The notes under the pieces were generated by a model, which was not told the origin of the DNA, ran no database searches, and worked only from the letters and a program-made list of their open reading frames with translations. This document shows positions 1 through 9,799 of a stretch of DNA of 64,000 nucleotides, piece by piece. A program made the translations under genes and the position numbers. Positions within the stretch are counted from its first letter, which is position 1, and each line of letters opens with the position of its first letter. The stretch is taken from sequence record NC_031010.1. One strand, 5' to 3'.

Positions 1-9
1 ACGTTAATC

Positions 10-387
10 TTGGTCTATTCCGGCTTCGTCTCGTACCTGTACTTCCAGCAGTATCATTTACTGGTGCAGGTGCGCGAGCACGATCGCTATATGGCGACCG
101 GATACGACGAGAAAAAAGGCCTGGCTGACAAGCAGGCCGATGACATAAGAGACCTGTACAGGCAACTGTTTGTCTGCTTGGGCAAGGAGCCATATGATAG
201 TTCGAAGAGTGCACCTGTAACGATGTCTACCATGCCCCCACCTCCGGTGGTTGCGCCCGAAGTGCCGGTTCACTCAGACCCGGCACCCGTAAAGAAGCGC
301 GAAGCAGCCAAACGCCCCGTTGGGGTGGCTGAGACCAACATGTTTCGTCAATCCATAATCGACCATCTCAATGGGGAAATAAAATGA
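10..387 (+). CDS. Putative inner-membrane spanin (Rz-like), probably 5'-truncated by the window edge
   Basis: Hydrophobic N-terminal stretch, then a helical segment and a Pro-rich linker; overlaps a lipoprotein gene by 4 nt (ATGA), a typical two-component spanin arrangement. Confidence 0.6.
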   Translation: MVYSGFVSYLYFQQYHLLVQVREHDRYMATGYDEKKGLADKQADDIRDLYRQLFVCLGKEPYDSSKSAPVTMSTMPPPPVVAPEVPVHSDPAPVKKREAAKRPVGVAETNMFRQSIIDHLNGEIK

Positions 388-854
388 AACCTTTCTGTCT
401 GGGGGCACTCCTGCTGCTGTTGGCAGGCTGTGTCCCTCACGACAAAGGTACCCCGCCGCAACCGCAGCGGGCTTGGCCGACGAGGCAGCTAGACAGCCCA
501 CCAGTGGCCGCGAAATATCCTTTGGGTAACGACGATCAGAAAGCGTTTGAGACATATGTTATCGACGTGAACATCTATGCGTATTATGTCTACACGTACG
601 CACGTAACCTTAACGAATATGTCGCCGCGCGTGGTTGGCATCCACCTCGGGTCGCACCTTTGTGTGAAGAGTTTGAAACACCGGACCTCCATCCGATTCC
701 AGACCGCATTACGCTTGACCGTAACTCACGAACCCCGGAGCAGATTAGTCAGGACATCGCTAATCAGTTTCGTCAGATTCTTGAGAACTACCGGGCAGAC
801 CGTAAGGCGTTTCGGCATAACTTCTCACAGCACGAGCAGACTTGTTTAAACTAA
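384..854 (+). CDS. Putative outer-membrane spanin lipoprotein (Rz1-like)
   Basis: Signal peptide with lipobox LAGC (MKPFCLGALLLLLAGC), then a Pro-rich linker; adjacent to the i-spanin candidate. Confidence 0.7.
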   Translation: MKPFCLGALLLLLAGCVPHDKGTPPQPQRAWPTRQLDSPPVAAKYPLGNDDQKAFETYVIDVNIYAYYVYTYARNLNEYVAARGWHPPRVAPLCEEFETPDLHPIPDRITLDRNSRTPEQISQDIANQFRQILENYRADRKAFRHNFSQHEQTCLN

Positions 855-857
855 GCG

Positions 858-900
858 TATCCTCCACCTCCTTCGGGCGGTGGAGGGTATCTTTTATTTT
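858..900 (+). terminator. Intrinsic terminator
   Basis: CCTCCACC...TTCG...GGTGGAGG hairpin followed by a T-rich tract. Confidence 0.75.
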
Positions 901-922
901 ACATCATCAACATTTCTAATGT
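897..922 (+). promoter_or_regulatory. Putative phage promoter, class B (TTTTAC-N16-RTGY)
   Basis: TTTTAC 897-902, 16-nt spacer, ATGT 919-922; the same spacing recurs at five other intergenic sites. Confidence 0.55.
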
Positions 923-929
923 ATATCCA

Positions 930-1643
930 ATGGAGCGCAAAATAATGCAAAACGTAGTTATCCCCTCAATTGTAGTAGGCACAGACGTTGAAACCAAGTC
1001 GTTACGACCGGATGCGTATATCCTGAGTATTGGCTTGGCGGCGTTCGATATCGCAACCCTGCGCCTAATTGGGGCGTCGTATCAGGCCATCGATCCTAAC
1101 GACGCAGACGCCGATCGTGTCTTCCATACTGACCCTGCGACTATCGGTTGGTGGGAAGGTAAAGATAATCCGGACTATGCTCCGTCTGAAGCCGCTCGTA
1201 AAGAAGCGTTCTCAGGCACCACGAACATCAAAGATGCACTTTGGACGGCTAAGAAGTTCCTCGACGATTTGGGGAATAAGCCGATCGTATTGGCTATGCG
1301 TGGCCCAGACTTTGATTCACCAATTTTGATGAACGCCTTCGCCCAGTGCGATGTGCCGCCGGGTAAGTTCCGTAAGTTTTCTATGCTGGACTCTGACCGT
1401 ACCACAGAACGTCTGGCACATGCGTTTGGTCTGCAACCGGATATGGAAGCAGAAGCCCACAACTGGACACGCGGCAAAGACTTCGTCCTGCACCACTCAG
1501 GTTTCGATGCTGCTAAAGAAGGGTATCTGACGGCACGTTTCTATCACCTTGCGCTGGTTGCGCGTACGCATGGTTTCCCGCGCATGCTGGAAGCTCACGA
1601 GCAAATGCGTACCGGTGAGTACATCCCGACGATGTTCCTGTAA
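930..1643 (+). CDS. DEDD-family 3'-5' exonuclease (Rv2179c/DUF5051-like)
   Basis: ExoI motif TDVET, followed by ILSIGLAAFD, GPDFDSPIL and a C-terminal HHSGFDA (H..D). Confidence 0.75.
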   Translation: MERKIMQNVVIPSIVVGTDVETKSLRPDAYILSIGLAAFDIATLRLIGASYQAIDPNDADADRVFHTDPATIGWWEGKDNPDYAPSEAARKEAFSGTTNIKDALWTAKKFLDDLGNKPIVLAMRGPDFDSPILMNAFAQCDVPPGKFRKFSMLDSDRTTERLAHAFGLQPDMEAEAHNWTRGKDFVLHHSGFDAAKEGYLTARFYHLALVARTHGFPRMLEAHEQMRTGEYIPTMFL

Positions 1644-1653
1644 GAGAGGATTA

Positions 1654-3174
1654 ATGAAAGAGTACGACGTCGCCGTGCTATACACGGACGGGAGTCACAC
1701 CACTGCCCCCTTAGGTTCGGGGGCGGGTATTCATGGCTACCTGTACAATAAAGCTGATTTTAAATCAGAACGTGGCTATTTCGCCGACGGGGTACCGGAG
1801 GCGATTACGCCAGAAGAGTACCAAATCATTCCGCAGGCGGAGAAATTGCCTGCTATGCCTGAGGGCTTAGTCGAATGGGTTAACTGTACGATTCCTGTAC
1901 CCAAAGAACAATTCTCGGATGTCGGTGAACTGGTGGCCTTTATCTCGGCCTTTGATGGCGCACCGTTTAAGGCAAAGAAATACGTTATTCACGTGGATGC
2001 GACCTACGTCCTGAACTCCTTCAATAAGTGGCTGGAAGGTTGGGCCAGTCGGGGTTGGTTACGGGCTGACGGGACACCGGTTGCGAACCTCAAACTGATG
2101 CAGCGTATCTGGGAGCTCAAACAGGGCTTCAAGAAAGACGGCATCTCCGTTAAGGTCGTGAAGATTAAAGGACACTCTGACCGCTACGGCAACGACCAAG
2201 CGGATAAGATGGCCCGTCTCGGCTCGACTATGACGGCAACGTTTGAGAATGTGGAGTATCGCCCATTCTGGACAACCGAAGAGATGCCTGCGAAGGAGGA
2301 GAAAGAGCAGGCGGTCGACGTCGGTATCAATCTCTCTTTACTGCCGGCTATCAACACGCAGAAGTTCCACTACGTGCAGGTGAATGAACCTCACCCGATG
2401 TGCACCGTGAATGGCGAGCAGTGGTATTATCTGTCCTCGGGCAACCATGCCAAAGACAAAGACGACATCGTGCTGCTTGGGAAGATGATTCCCGATGCGA
2501 TGTTCTCGGTGACGTTTGCCAAGAAACCGTGGGAGAATCTTTACTTCCTCGCCAATGCCCATGCCAACACCGCGTGGCAGGACACCCCGGCACTGAAGCG
2601 GTTTGACCCGATTGCGATTATCACCGGTGATTTCCTGAAGCGTAAGAAGTTTCAGGAGGCGTGCAAAGAAGGAATACCGATTGAACGCATGACCTTCTCA
2701 GAAGACCGCAACGTGTGGTTCTTTGAGGACTTGGCCATCAGTCGTATTCTGCGTCCTGCGCTGCTGTCGTACCGGGCGATTGGTTTTCGTGACGAGCTGG
2801 CCCAGATGCTGAAGTCGGTTATGCAAAAGGAAGCGCACATCGTTTTAAACGACATCACCGATCTTCTCTTTGATGAGAAAGGGAAACCGTCCAAAGAGGT
2901 CTACCGTAACGTTGATAAGTCGTTTGAGATTCAGGCGAAGATTCCCTTCAACGACACGCAAACCATTCCCATCATCCTGACGCGAGGTATTGACCTACCG
3001 CAACGTACTGACATTAACCGCATCAAAGAACCCACTGGTCGCTTCTACGTGGCTTGCTGGCGTCCTGAGGAGCGTTACGTGCGTTATGCAGTGATTTATC
3101 TCGGGGAAGAGTATAACGGGTTATGGATAGCCTACTACGCTGCAAACCGCATCCTGCCGACTGACATTAAGTGA
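1654..3174 (+). CDS. rnhA: Ribonuclease HI with a long C-terminal extension (phiKZ gp155-like)
   Basis: YTDGS, HVDATYV, VANLKL and KIKGHS..GNDQADKMA motifs; start at ATG 1654 after the AGAGGA RBS. Confidence 0.85.
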   Translation: MKEYDVAVLYTDGSHTTAPLGSGAGIHGYLYNKADFKSERGYFADGVPEAITPEEYQIIPQAEKLPAMPEGLVEWVNCTIPVPKEQFSDVGELVAFISAFDGAPFKAKKYVIHVDATYVLNSFNKWLEGWASRGWLRADGTPVANLKLMQRIWELKQGFKKDGISVKVVKIKGHSDRYGNDQADKMARLGSTMTATFENVEYRPFWTTEEMPAKEEKEQAVDVGINLSLLPAINTQKFHYVQVNEPHPMCTVNGEQWYYLSSGNHAKDKDDIVLLGKMIPDAMFSVTFAKKPWENLYFLANAHANTAWQDTPALKRFDPIAIITGDFLKRKKFQEACKEGIPIERMTFSEDRNVWFFEDLAISRILRPALLSYRAIGFRDELAQMLKSVMQKEAHIVLNDITDLLFDEKGKPSKEVYRNVDKSFEIQAKIPFNDTQTIPIILTRGIDLPQRTDINRIKEPTGRFYVACWRPEERYVRYAVIYLGEEYNGLWIAYYAANRILPTDIK

Positions 3175-3181
3175 GGTCTTT

Positions 3182-3919
3182 ATGCTGCGTGTTTTTAGTC
3201 ACGTATTGACGCTACACAGCGACAAGTTAGTTGAAGCCTTGGCCGAGTATTACGCGCTGGCGTTTTACCGCTACGGCAAAGCCATGAAGCTTACCCCAAC
3301 GGAGCAGAAGGCGATTGAGGAAACCACCACTGCGGCGGCGCGGTGGATGGTAGCCAACGTCCTGCTGGAAGGGATAGCGCTGGCAAACGCCCGGACGCAG
3401 CTCTCGCCGTCATTGAAAAGCTTCGATGTTTATGGTGACGCGATGGCTGATTACTTCACCGACCCCGCGTTAGAGAACCACCTGTCGCCGAGTGTGACCG
3501 TGGGTGAGTTCTTTGCCCGCATCGTTTCTACCCGACCCCTCTCGGCGTTGCTGGAAGGGGCGATGAAATGGTTCGTCGATCAGTTCATGGACGAGGTGTA
3601 TAACCTGCTGGGGAAAGACTCCTTCTCGATTGATAAGTACACGGGTATCTACATGACCCGCGACATGCTTATCAAGCAGATGGAAAACCACAAGGTTATC
3701 CTGCCGTTCATTGAGCCGTTGGAGTGGACGTTCATTGCCATCGTCAAATGTGAAGATGCGCATGAAGCAGTGCTGGGTCTCGACCACGCGTTTGTCGTGC
3801 AGGGCGATGCGTTTATCCTGCCGGAAACTTTCCCCACCATGATTGCCCCCGTGCCGGGTGAGGATGTCGAAGTCTACGAGCTTCTGCCCCGTATCGTTGA
3901 GGAGCTGAAAAAGCTTTAA
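3182..3919 (+). CDS. Hypothetical protein
   Basis: 245-aa ORF with GAGG RBS, co-oriented and tightly packed with neighbours. Confidence 0.7.
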   Translation: MLRVFSHVLTLHSDKLVEALAEYYALAFYRYGKAMKLTPTEQKAIEETTTAAARWMVANVLLEGIALANARTQLSPSLKSFDVYGDAMADYFTDPALENHLSPSVTVGEFFARIVSTRPLSALLEGAMKWFVDQFMDEVYNLLGKDSFSIDKYTGIYMTRDMLIKQMENHKVILPFIEPLEWTFIAIVKCEDAHEAVLGLDHAFVVQGDAFILPETFPTMIAPVPGEDVEVYELLPRIVEELKKL

Positions 3920-3945
3920 GATAGATATTATCTCCGTGGTAAATC
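3920..3945 (+). promoter_or_regulatory. Putative early promoter, class A (GATAGATATTAT-N4-GTG)
   Basis: The 12-mer plus GTG recurs at five intergenic sites upstream of + strand genes. Confidence 0.6.
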
Positions 3946-3959
3946 GTTAGGAGTCATTT

Positions 3960-4679
3960 ATGTTACGTGTGGTTATGCCCGAACTCTTTCAGTTTACAAC
4001 GCCTACCGCGACGAAGCTGTTTGAGAAGATATGGGATCGCTACTGCCCGGAGAAGCTTGCTACTCGACCTGAACTGTGGGTACGCCGAGATGAGTTCTAT
4101 CTGGGCGCTTTCCCACTGTTCGTTAAAACGTTTGCAGTGGCCATTACCGGGATGTTGGATGCGGTCAACCTTGGTCGTGATTTTGACATTCACGAGTTGG
4201 AATTTAGCTACGAGGATATTTATAACGATTATCAGCATGAGGAATTCGACGGTGAGATGGAAGGGGAAGTGTTACTCTTCATGAACTTCGTCGAAGGTGT
4301 GATGGGTGAGAAGGACAAGTTCTTAAACGAGCTGGCGGATAAACTGACAGGGGCGTATCAGAACCTGTTGGCACTGCGCAAGCAACACGACATCGTTGGC
4401 TTTTGGCTGGATGTCTATTCGATGGACATGCGCATCTGGGAAGACAACCCGTCGGTGTTCGCTATTCAGAACGGGGACTTTGAACCGCAGTGGCATGACC
4501 GTTACACCACCGGTCCGGGCAGTATGTTCTACGAGCTTTCAAAAGACGACGGTATGGAGTTCTACCTGTGGATGGATTGCATCGTGGCCGAGTCGCCACG
4601 CATCACGATTCCCGAAGGCGAGCCGGTAACGTTGTGTCATTTAACCCATGAGGCCATTGCCTTTATGGAACCCGTCTAA
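3960..4679 (+). CDS. Hypothetical acidic protein (probable early gene)
   Basis: 239-aa ORF with AGGAG RBS, directly downstream of a class A motif. Confidence 0.7.
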   Translation: MLRVVMPELFQFTTPTATKLFEKIWDRYCPEKLATRPELWVRRDEFYLGAFPLFVKTFAVAITGMLDAVNLGRDFDIHELEFSYEDIYNDYQHEEFDGEMEGEVLLFMNFVEGVMGEKDKFLNELADKLTGAYQNLLALRKQHDIVGFWLDVYSMDMRIWEDNPSVFAIQNGDFEPQWHDRYTTGPGSMFYELSKDDGMEFYLWMDCIVAESPRITIPEGEPVTLCHLTHEAIAFMEPV

Positions 4680-4701
4680 AATAAATCGTAAGGAGTAATA
4701 C

Positions 4702-5082
4702 ATGAAACTGAATGACCTGATTGCAACGATGATCAAAACCAGTCGGAAGAACACCACTGCTGAAGGGGGGTTGATTCTCCTCACGGTTGACCAGAATGCC
4801 GAGCCGCTAGTACGCCTTCAGTTACCGGATGCGCTGGTCGCGGAACCCAACGATCGTGGTCTGCTGCGTACCCTGCGTGAGGACAGTGTGCGTGACCGCA
4901 CCGATTGGCCGCGTGTTGTGGTGTGGTGCCATAACCCGCACATCTCCCTTGGTAATGAAGCTGACATTGTGCTTCACGTCTGGAAAGATGGCGACGATGT
5001 CAAAGTCCGCTGCGAGAAGTTCCGCAGCCTGATGGAGCGTCCAAGCGATGTGTGGACACTCGGGGAAGAAGCTACGGCGTAA
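4702..5082 (+). CDS. Hypothetical protein
   Basis: 126-aa ORF with AAGGAG RBS. Confidence 0.7.
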   Translation: MKLNDLIATMIKTSRKNTTAEGGLILLTVDQNAEPLVRLQLPDALVAEPNDRGLLRTLREDSVRDRTDWPRVVVWCHNPHISLGNEADIVLHVWKDGDDVKVRCEKFRSLMERPSDVWTLGEEATA

Positions 5083-5100
5083 CCCGACTGAGGAGTGGTG

Positions 5101-5541
5101 ATGTTAACCGTTCAAAGCGAAACACTGATGAACGTGGATAGGCTCGTCCTCCGTAAGTACGATAAAATAATCGCCACCGAGCCCCTTAACTGGACCCGTG
5201 TGGCGGTTAAATATTTTTTAATGCGTACGGTACTGGGCGATCGGGATATTGCAGGTGAGGAGTTGGTGGCAGCAGTCCGAGAAACCAAAGCCTGCTGGGT
5301 GGAAGCCGGCCTACCTGATATCAGTTGGTTTCGGGTAAACCAGTTCTTGCTTTATCTCGAGCAGTTCTCGCAGCATCCCATCCACGCACTTAACCACGAG
5401 CTGCAACGTATGCTCGAACAGAATTACGTTGAGATACAATACAGTGCCCACAATCTGGTCTTCAATCAGTATCAGGTTGTTCGCGCAACTGACTTGTTGA
5501 TGTCCCATGCATTATTGGAGCCTTTCAATGCAGCAAGTTAA
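5101..5541 (+). CDS. Hypothetical protein
   Basis: ORF with GAGGAG RBS. Confidence 0.7.
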   Translation: MLTVQSETLMNVDRLVLRKYDKIIATEPLNWTRVAVKYFLMRTVLGDRDIAGEELVAAVRETKACWVEAGLPDISWFRVNQFLLYLEQFSQHPIHALNHELQRMLEQNYVEIQYSAHNLVFNQYQVVRATDLLMSHALLEPFNAAS

Positions 5542-5542
5542 G

Positions 5543-6160
5543 ATGCACATCCTCATGTCGTTGGAATCTTATCTCAAAGGTCTGTCGTTTCATGAGGAGG
5601 CCGTGAAAACTGCCTACCTTATTGTTGCAAGAGAAATCGCAAAGCAGGATTACATCGAAGATTGGGCACCCCTTTCCGGAATGTGGCAGGCGATGCGCTT
5701 TATTGTTCACGAGGGTGGCCTTGAACTCGCCTTGGCCGAAGAGTACGTCGAGCCGCGGATGGTGAAAAAAGTACGTCAACTTCTCTTAGCTTTGATGGGG
5801 GACTTTGATAACTTTCCGCGGCACTCCATGGATGTGAACCGCAGTTACCTCGGTAGCGTCAGTGAAGTGAAAGCCGCACTCGACATGCCGCTTGTGTTTG
5901 CGCGGGATGAAGACCTGCTGAATCACAACCTGTGGTTTGCCGGTTCCATGGAGAGTCCATGCTACGTGGAAGAGCGGGAGATTATCAGCTCAGAACAAGA
6001 GTGGGGTAATCTGGTTGTCAAATACCCACACGGCCCCTACATGTGGCGAGCCGACTGGGATGCGTTTGTCCCACGGGCAGACTCAATGCGTCACAAGCAC
6101 GTTATGATTCTTGACGTTGAAGCAGAGCGTGAGCGTTTTGAAGCGCTCTTTAAGGAGTAA
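5543..6160 (+). CDS. Hypothetical protein
   Basis: ATG 5543 immediately follows the previous stop codon; 205 aa. Confidence 0.65.
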   Translation: MHILMSLESYLKGLSFHEEAVKTAYLIVAREIAKQDYIEDWAPLSGMWQAMRFIVHEGGLELALAEEYVEPRMVKKVRQLLLALMGDFDNFPRHSMDVNRSYLGSVSEVKAALDMPLVFARDEDLLNHNLWFAGSMESPCYVEEREIISSEQEWGNLVVKYPHGPYMWRADWDAFVPRADSMRHKHVMILDVEAERERFEALFKE

Positions 6161-6162
6161 CC

Positions 6163-6765
6163 ATGCAAGTCATTCTGAACATGGCTCTCGGTGAGCAGGC
6201 TAACCAAATCAGTGAGCTGATGGTTGACCTGCGTAAAGACCTGCACTTTGAGCTGCACGACATTATCAGTAAGTACGAACGCGGTCTGCGGGAGGACACC
6301 GACAAAGTCCACCACGTCGTTGATGCCCCGAAGATTGTTGACGAGCTGACCGCGCTGATTGTTGACCAAGCCAAGGACGTGTTGCAAAAGACGTTCACCA
6401 TTGGTATCAACGGTTGGGACACGGTGGATGAGTTGGCCCTGCGGGTAGAAGAAGCGTTCACGAAGGGGGTAACGGACTTAGAAAGTTACGTTCACCTGAA
6501 TGCCCACGAAACCTTTGTGGCCTGTGGCAATTCCGATGAATGCACACTGACGTTCCAGATGGAATCGCTCCACGATCTCTTTGGGGCAACCGACACCATG
6601 AAAGTGGAAGGCATCGTCATGAAAGCCAAGGAGAAGGTTGGCATCCTCGCCCGTCAGGAAATGGAATGTCTGCTGAGCAGACTCCAACTGTACAAACTGA
6701 CACCAGAGCAAGTGGATGGTGTTCATGAGATGGGCCGGGGTGAGATGACGGTGAGTCGTTTCTAA
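6163..6765 (+). CDS. Hypothetical protein, possible member of a tandem paralog array
   Basis: AAGGAG RBS; N-terminus MQVILNM resembles those of the neighbours. Confidence 0.7.
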   Translation: MQVILNMALGEQANQISELMVDLRKDLHFELHDIISKYERGLREDTDKVHHVVDAPKIVDELTALIVDQAKDVLQKTFTIGINGWDTVDELALRVEEAFTKGVTDLESYVHLNAHETFVACGNSDECTLTFQMESLHDLFGATDTMKVEGIVMKAKEKVGILARQEMECLLSRLQLYKLTPEQVDGVHEMGRGEMTVSRF

Positions 6766-6776
6766 GGGGAAGTAAC

Positions 6777-7271
6777 ATGCGATTAGTCATTGATCTCGTT
6801 GATACCGAAAGTCAAAGTGTGGTAAAGGAGCTTTCGGAGGCGTGGGAGAAAACCGTTGTCCAAGCCATCGAAGATGAGTTAGAAAACCGTGGCATCGAAC
6901 TGCCCGAGGGGGCTTCCTTTGTGGCTGAAGCTACGATGATGCTGGCTCCCTATCACCGTGCGTTAACGATGCTGGTCAACAAAGTCGTCGTGATTGACGT
7001 GGGGTTTAGCCTGACCGTCGCGGTGTGTCCAACCGACATCACTGAACGCGTAAACGAACTGTTAGAAGAATGCAATGTGGACGGCGAGTTCCCATCGCCG
7101 TTTCGCATGACGATCGGCGAAGCTGATTTCAATACCCGTGAGTTCTTTGAAATCGGACGCTGTCGAAAACTGACCCGGTATCTCGAGCAGCTTTTGCATG
7201 AGTTCATCATGCGTTGTTACCGGACCACTGCCGCACGTAGTGAGCAACTGATCATCTACTTTAACCGTTAA
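6777..7271 (+). CDS. Hypothetical protein, possible member of a tandem paralog array
   Basis: GGGGA RBS; N-terminus MRLVIDL. Confidence 0.7.
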   Translation: MRLVIDLVDTESQSVVKELSEAWEKTVVQAIEDELENRGIELPEGASFVAEATMMLAPYHRALTMLVNKVVVIDVGFSLTVAVCPTDITERVNELLEECNVDGEFPSPFRMTIGEADFNTREFFEIGRCRKLTRYLEQLLHEFIMRCYRTTAARSEQLIIYFNR

Positions 7272-7280
7272 GGATTAATC

Positions 7281-7922
7281 ATGAAATTGTATCTGAATCT
7301 GACTACCGATGAAAACCGTAAAATGTGGCCAGCGCTGATGATGTCGATGTACGACGATGTCGAACACATCATTGCCCATCACTACGCCTCACATCCGGAC
7401 AAAGGCCCGGTTATCCGTCAGGCAGCTGTTGCGGTGCTGATGCCGATCATGGAAGGGATGTCGAAGCTGCAGGACACGCTGCTGGAGTTCCACTTCGACA
7501 AAACCGATCAACTGAACGGCGTGATTGACGAAACCGTTGATATCTTTGCCGTCGATGGCAATGCAGCGAACGTTCGCGACAAATGGGCCAAGGACATGCG
7601 GGCACGTCCGACCGTACAGTTCGAAGACTCGGTCGGTGACCAGCACGTTATCAATCTCAAGGAAGAAGAGATTGAAAACTTCATCGAGCTGGCTGACACC
7701 CGCGTGAAAGAACTCACCGGTCAGTTATGGGGAGCCGTGGCTGAAGAGATCAAATCAGTCACCCTGCGTTTCACGTTCGATGTCAACGGCATGGCCTTTG
7801 CACCGGCAGAGAGCGGCAAGGAAAGCATTCATTTACACGACAGCAACGTCGACCTTGAACTTTCTCCGCCAACTGCGGATGCCGTCGAAGAGCTGAAAGA
7901 GAAGCTCAATAAGGACGAATGA
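7281..7922 (+). CDS. Hypothetical protein, possible member of a tandem paralog array
   Basis: AAGGA RBS; N-terminus MKLYLNL. Confidence 0.7.
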   Translation: MKLYLNLTTDENRKMWPALMMSMYDDVEHIIAHHYASHPDKGPVIRQAAVAVLMPIMEGMSKLQDTLLEFHFDKTDQLNGVIDETVDIFAVDGNAANVRDKWAKDMRARPTVQFEDSVGDQHVINLKEEEIENFIELADTRVKELTGQLWGAVAEEIKSVTLRFTFDVNGMAFAPAESGKESIHLHDSNVDLELSPPTADAVEELKEKLNKDE

Positions 7923-8395
7923 TGCGCATCTATATCTCGTTTGATACCGATGATGTCCTAAAGACCATTGGTGAATTGCGTCGAGATATCGTGGTGTTCG
8001 GCCGTCAGTTTCTGATTGACGCCATGCAAGAGGAGCCGGCCTCACTTAAAGAGTACGATGACTTCGACTTCATCAATAGGCTGTCTGTGGCGTTGGCTTC
8101 AGGCTGGACAGAGTTTCTGGAAGCGGTGCAGCACAAGCTGTGGCTGCTCGATGAAAAGACGCTTGATGGCGGGGACAGCTTAGACTGGTGCGTGAAAGAG
8201 TTCACGCCCATCTTTGAAGGAACCCCACCTACCATGCGTCGGAACGTCTTAGCGCTGAACTGTCCGGTTTACGACATCATGGTCATGGAGTTGCTTACTG
8301 AACGTGTTGAGGCGGGTTATCGTGACATGCTTAATACGCTCACTGCTGAGTTGGAGCAAGTCTTCGAAAAGGCTTGGACTCTCTTTAAGAAGTAA
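7919..8395 (+). CDS. Hypothetical protein, possible member of a tandem paralog array
   Basis: ATGA overlap with the upstream gene; N-terminus MRIYISF. Confidence 0.7.
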   Translation: MMRIYISFDTDDVLKTIGELRRDIVVFGRQFLIDAMQEEPASLKEYDDFDFINRLSVALASGWTEFLEAVQHKLWLLDEKTLDGGDSLDWCVKEFTPIFEGTPPTMRRNVLALNCPVYDIMVMELLTERVEAGYRDMLNTLTAELEQVFEKAWTLFKK

Positions 8396-8403
8396 GGAAC
8401 GCC

Positions 8404-8898
8404 ATGCGTATCTACGTGGACATGAACACCACCAACATCTACGATGCCTTCTCCATCGGTTTCGAAGGTATGCTTGAAAGGACGCTGGAGTATCACCGCC
8501 GTTTGGTGAAAACACACGACAGTGAGCGGGTCAGGGAAAACGCTGACTATTTCAACTCAAAGGTGTACGAGAACCAACTCAGTAGTATCTTACTGAGTGC
8601 GTTCGGACATTTTCACACCGCCATCAATACGCAATTGGTGTGCTTTAATACCGAGCTTCCACGGACTTCGCAAGAAGACCCGGTGACGCGGTTGATGAAT
8701 GTCTGCGCTGGTGATGTAGCGTCTGTGGCGGTTAAGCTCCCCAAGAGTACCTCGCTTGAGTGTGCACTGTTCGACGAAGACGTCATGGATGACTTGTACG
8801 TGGAATTGGAAACGTTCCGCGAAGAGCTCATCCGTATCGTTAATGCCGAAGTCAACGACGCACTCAAAGCCGCTATCCTCATTGTGAAAAATAAATAA
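8404..8898 (+). CDS. Hypothetical protein, possible member of a tandem paralog array
   Basis: AAGGA RBS; N-terminus MRIYVDM. Confidence 0.7.
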   Translation: MRIYVDMNTTNIYDAFSIGFEGMLERTLEYHRRLVKTHDSERVRENADYFNSKVYENQLSSILLSAFGHFHTAINTQLVCFNTELPRTSQEDPVTRLMNVCAGDVASVAVKLPKSTSLECALFDEDVMDDLYVELETFREELIRIVNAEVNDALKAAILIVKNK

Positions 8899-8950
8899 AA
8901 GTCACCCTACTCCGAGTGGAGTAGGGTACTTCTTCTTATCTTTTATTTTT
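8893..8950. terminator. Bidirectional terminator (conserved family, copy 1)
   Basis: A-tract, ACCCTACTCC-GAGT-GGAGTAGGGT hairpin, T-tract; lies between convergent genes. Confidence 0.8.
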
Positions 8951-9698
8951 TGCCTTCACGCAACAGTTTCAGACGATCGGCAGTGGCGTTCAACGCTTCC
9001 AGCAGTTCGTTGGTTTGTTTCATGAAGAGGCCGAACAGCTCAACCCAGTTAGAGGCCATGTCGAGTGCCAGTGTGAGTTGCTCAACCACCTGCGGATGCA
9101 CCTCTTGGTCAGCCAGTGCGTCTGCAGAAGCCCCGATAGAGTCAACCAGACGGGTAACGTCTTTGCGAAGCTTCTTGCTGATGTCCGCACGCAGTGCACG
9201 GGCACGGTTGAAGGTGGCATCAATCTCACTGGCGCTGTGATACGTCTTTTCAATCGGACGCTGGTCAACGACCGCGTTGCTGTAAGACTGGGCCAGCTTT
9301 GCCACCAAGTCCTGTGGCTCGATGTTCTTCAGCGGGTATTTGAAGTCCTTGAAGCGAAAGCCCACAGGCAGGGTCAGCATCCCTTTCTGGTGCGTCATGC
9401 CGGCCAGCAACTTATCAATCGGTTGCAGCACACCCGGCAGGATATCTTGCAGCACATCCCACACAGACTCCAGACGCTGAAGGTGGTCCATCACGTAGGT
9501 GTTGAAACCCGGTGGCACCGGTACCAGCATACCTTGGAAGTTCAGGAACTTCTCTTTCTGCATCCAGTTCGCCATGTTCGACATGTCGTCGTACGTGGTC
9601 AGGGCCAGCTCTTGGTCGCTGTTGGTAAAACCTTTGGGTAAAATAACCGACGCTTTGGAAGCAAATGCTTGGAGCGCGGCGATGGGATTCAGTGTCAT
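8943..9698 (-). CDS. Putative virion (head) structural protein
   Basis: 251-aa helical protein on the late (-) strand; position upstream of uvsX recalls SPN3US-like phages. Confidence 0.5.
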   Translation of the reverse strand: MTLNPIAALQAFASKASVILPKGFTNSDQELALTTYDDMSNMANWMQKEKFLNFQGMLVPVPPGFNTYVMDHLQRLESVWDVLQDILPGVLQPIDKLLAGMTHQKGMLTLPVGFRFKDFKYPLKNIEPQDLVAKLAQSYSNAVVDQRPIEKTYHSASEIDATFNRARALRADISKKLRKDVTRLVDSIGASADALADQEVHPQVVEQLTLALDMASNWVELFGLFMKQTNELLEALNATADRLKLLREGKK

Positions 9699-9741
9699 TA
9701 TACTTCCTCGGAGACGGGTGATTGGGCTACATACTAAGTCT

Positions 9742-9767
9742 TTTTACGTGTCGCCGTGTCTTTATGT
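9742..9767 (+). promoter_or_regulatory. Putative promoter, class B
   Basis: TTTTAC 9742-9747, N16, ATGT 9764-9767, upstream of uvsX. Confidence 0.55.
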
Positions 9768-9799
9768 AGAACACAAACCTAATAAACACGGAGCTTTCG

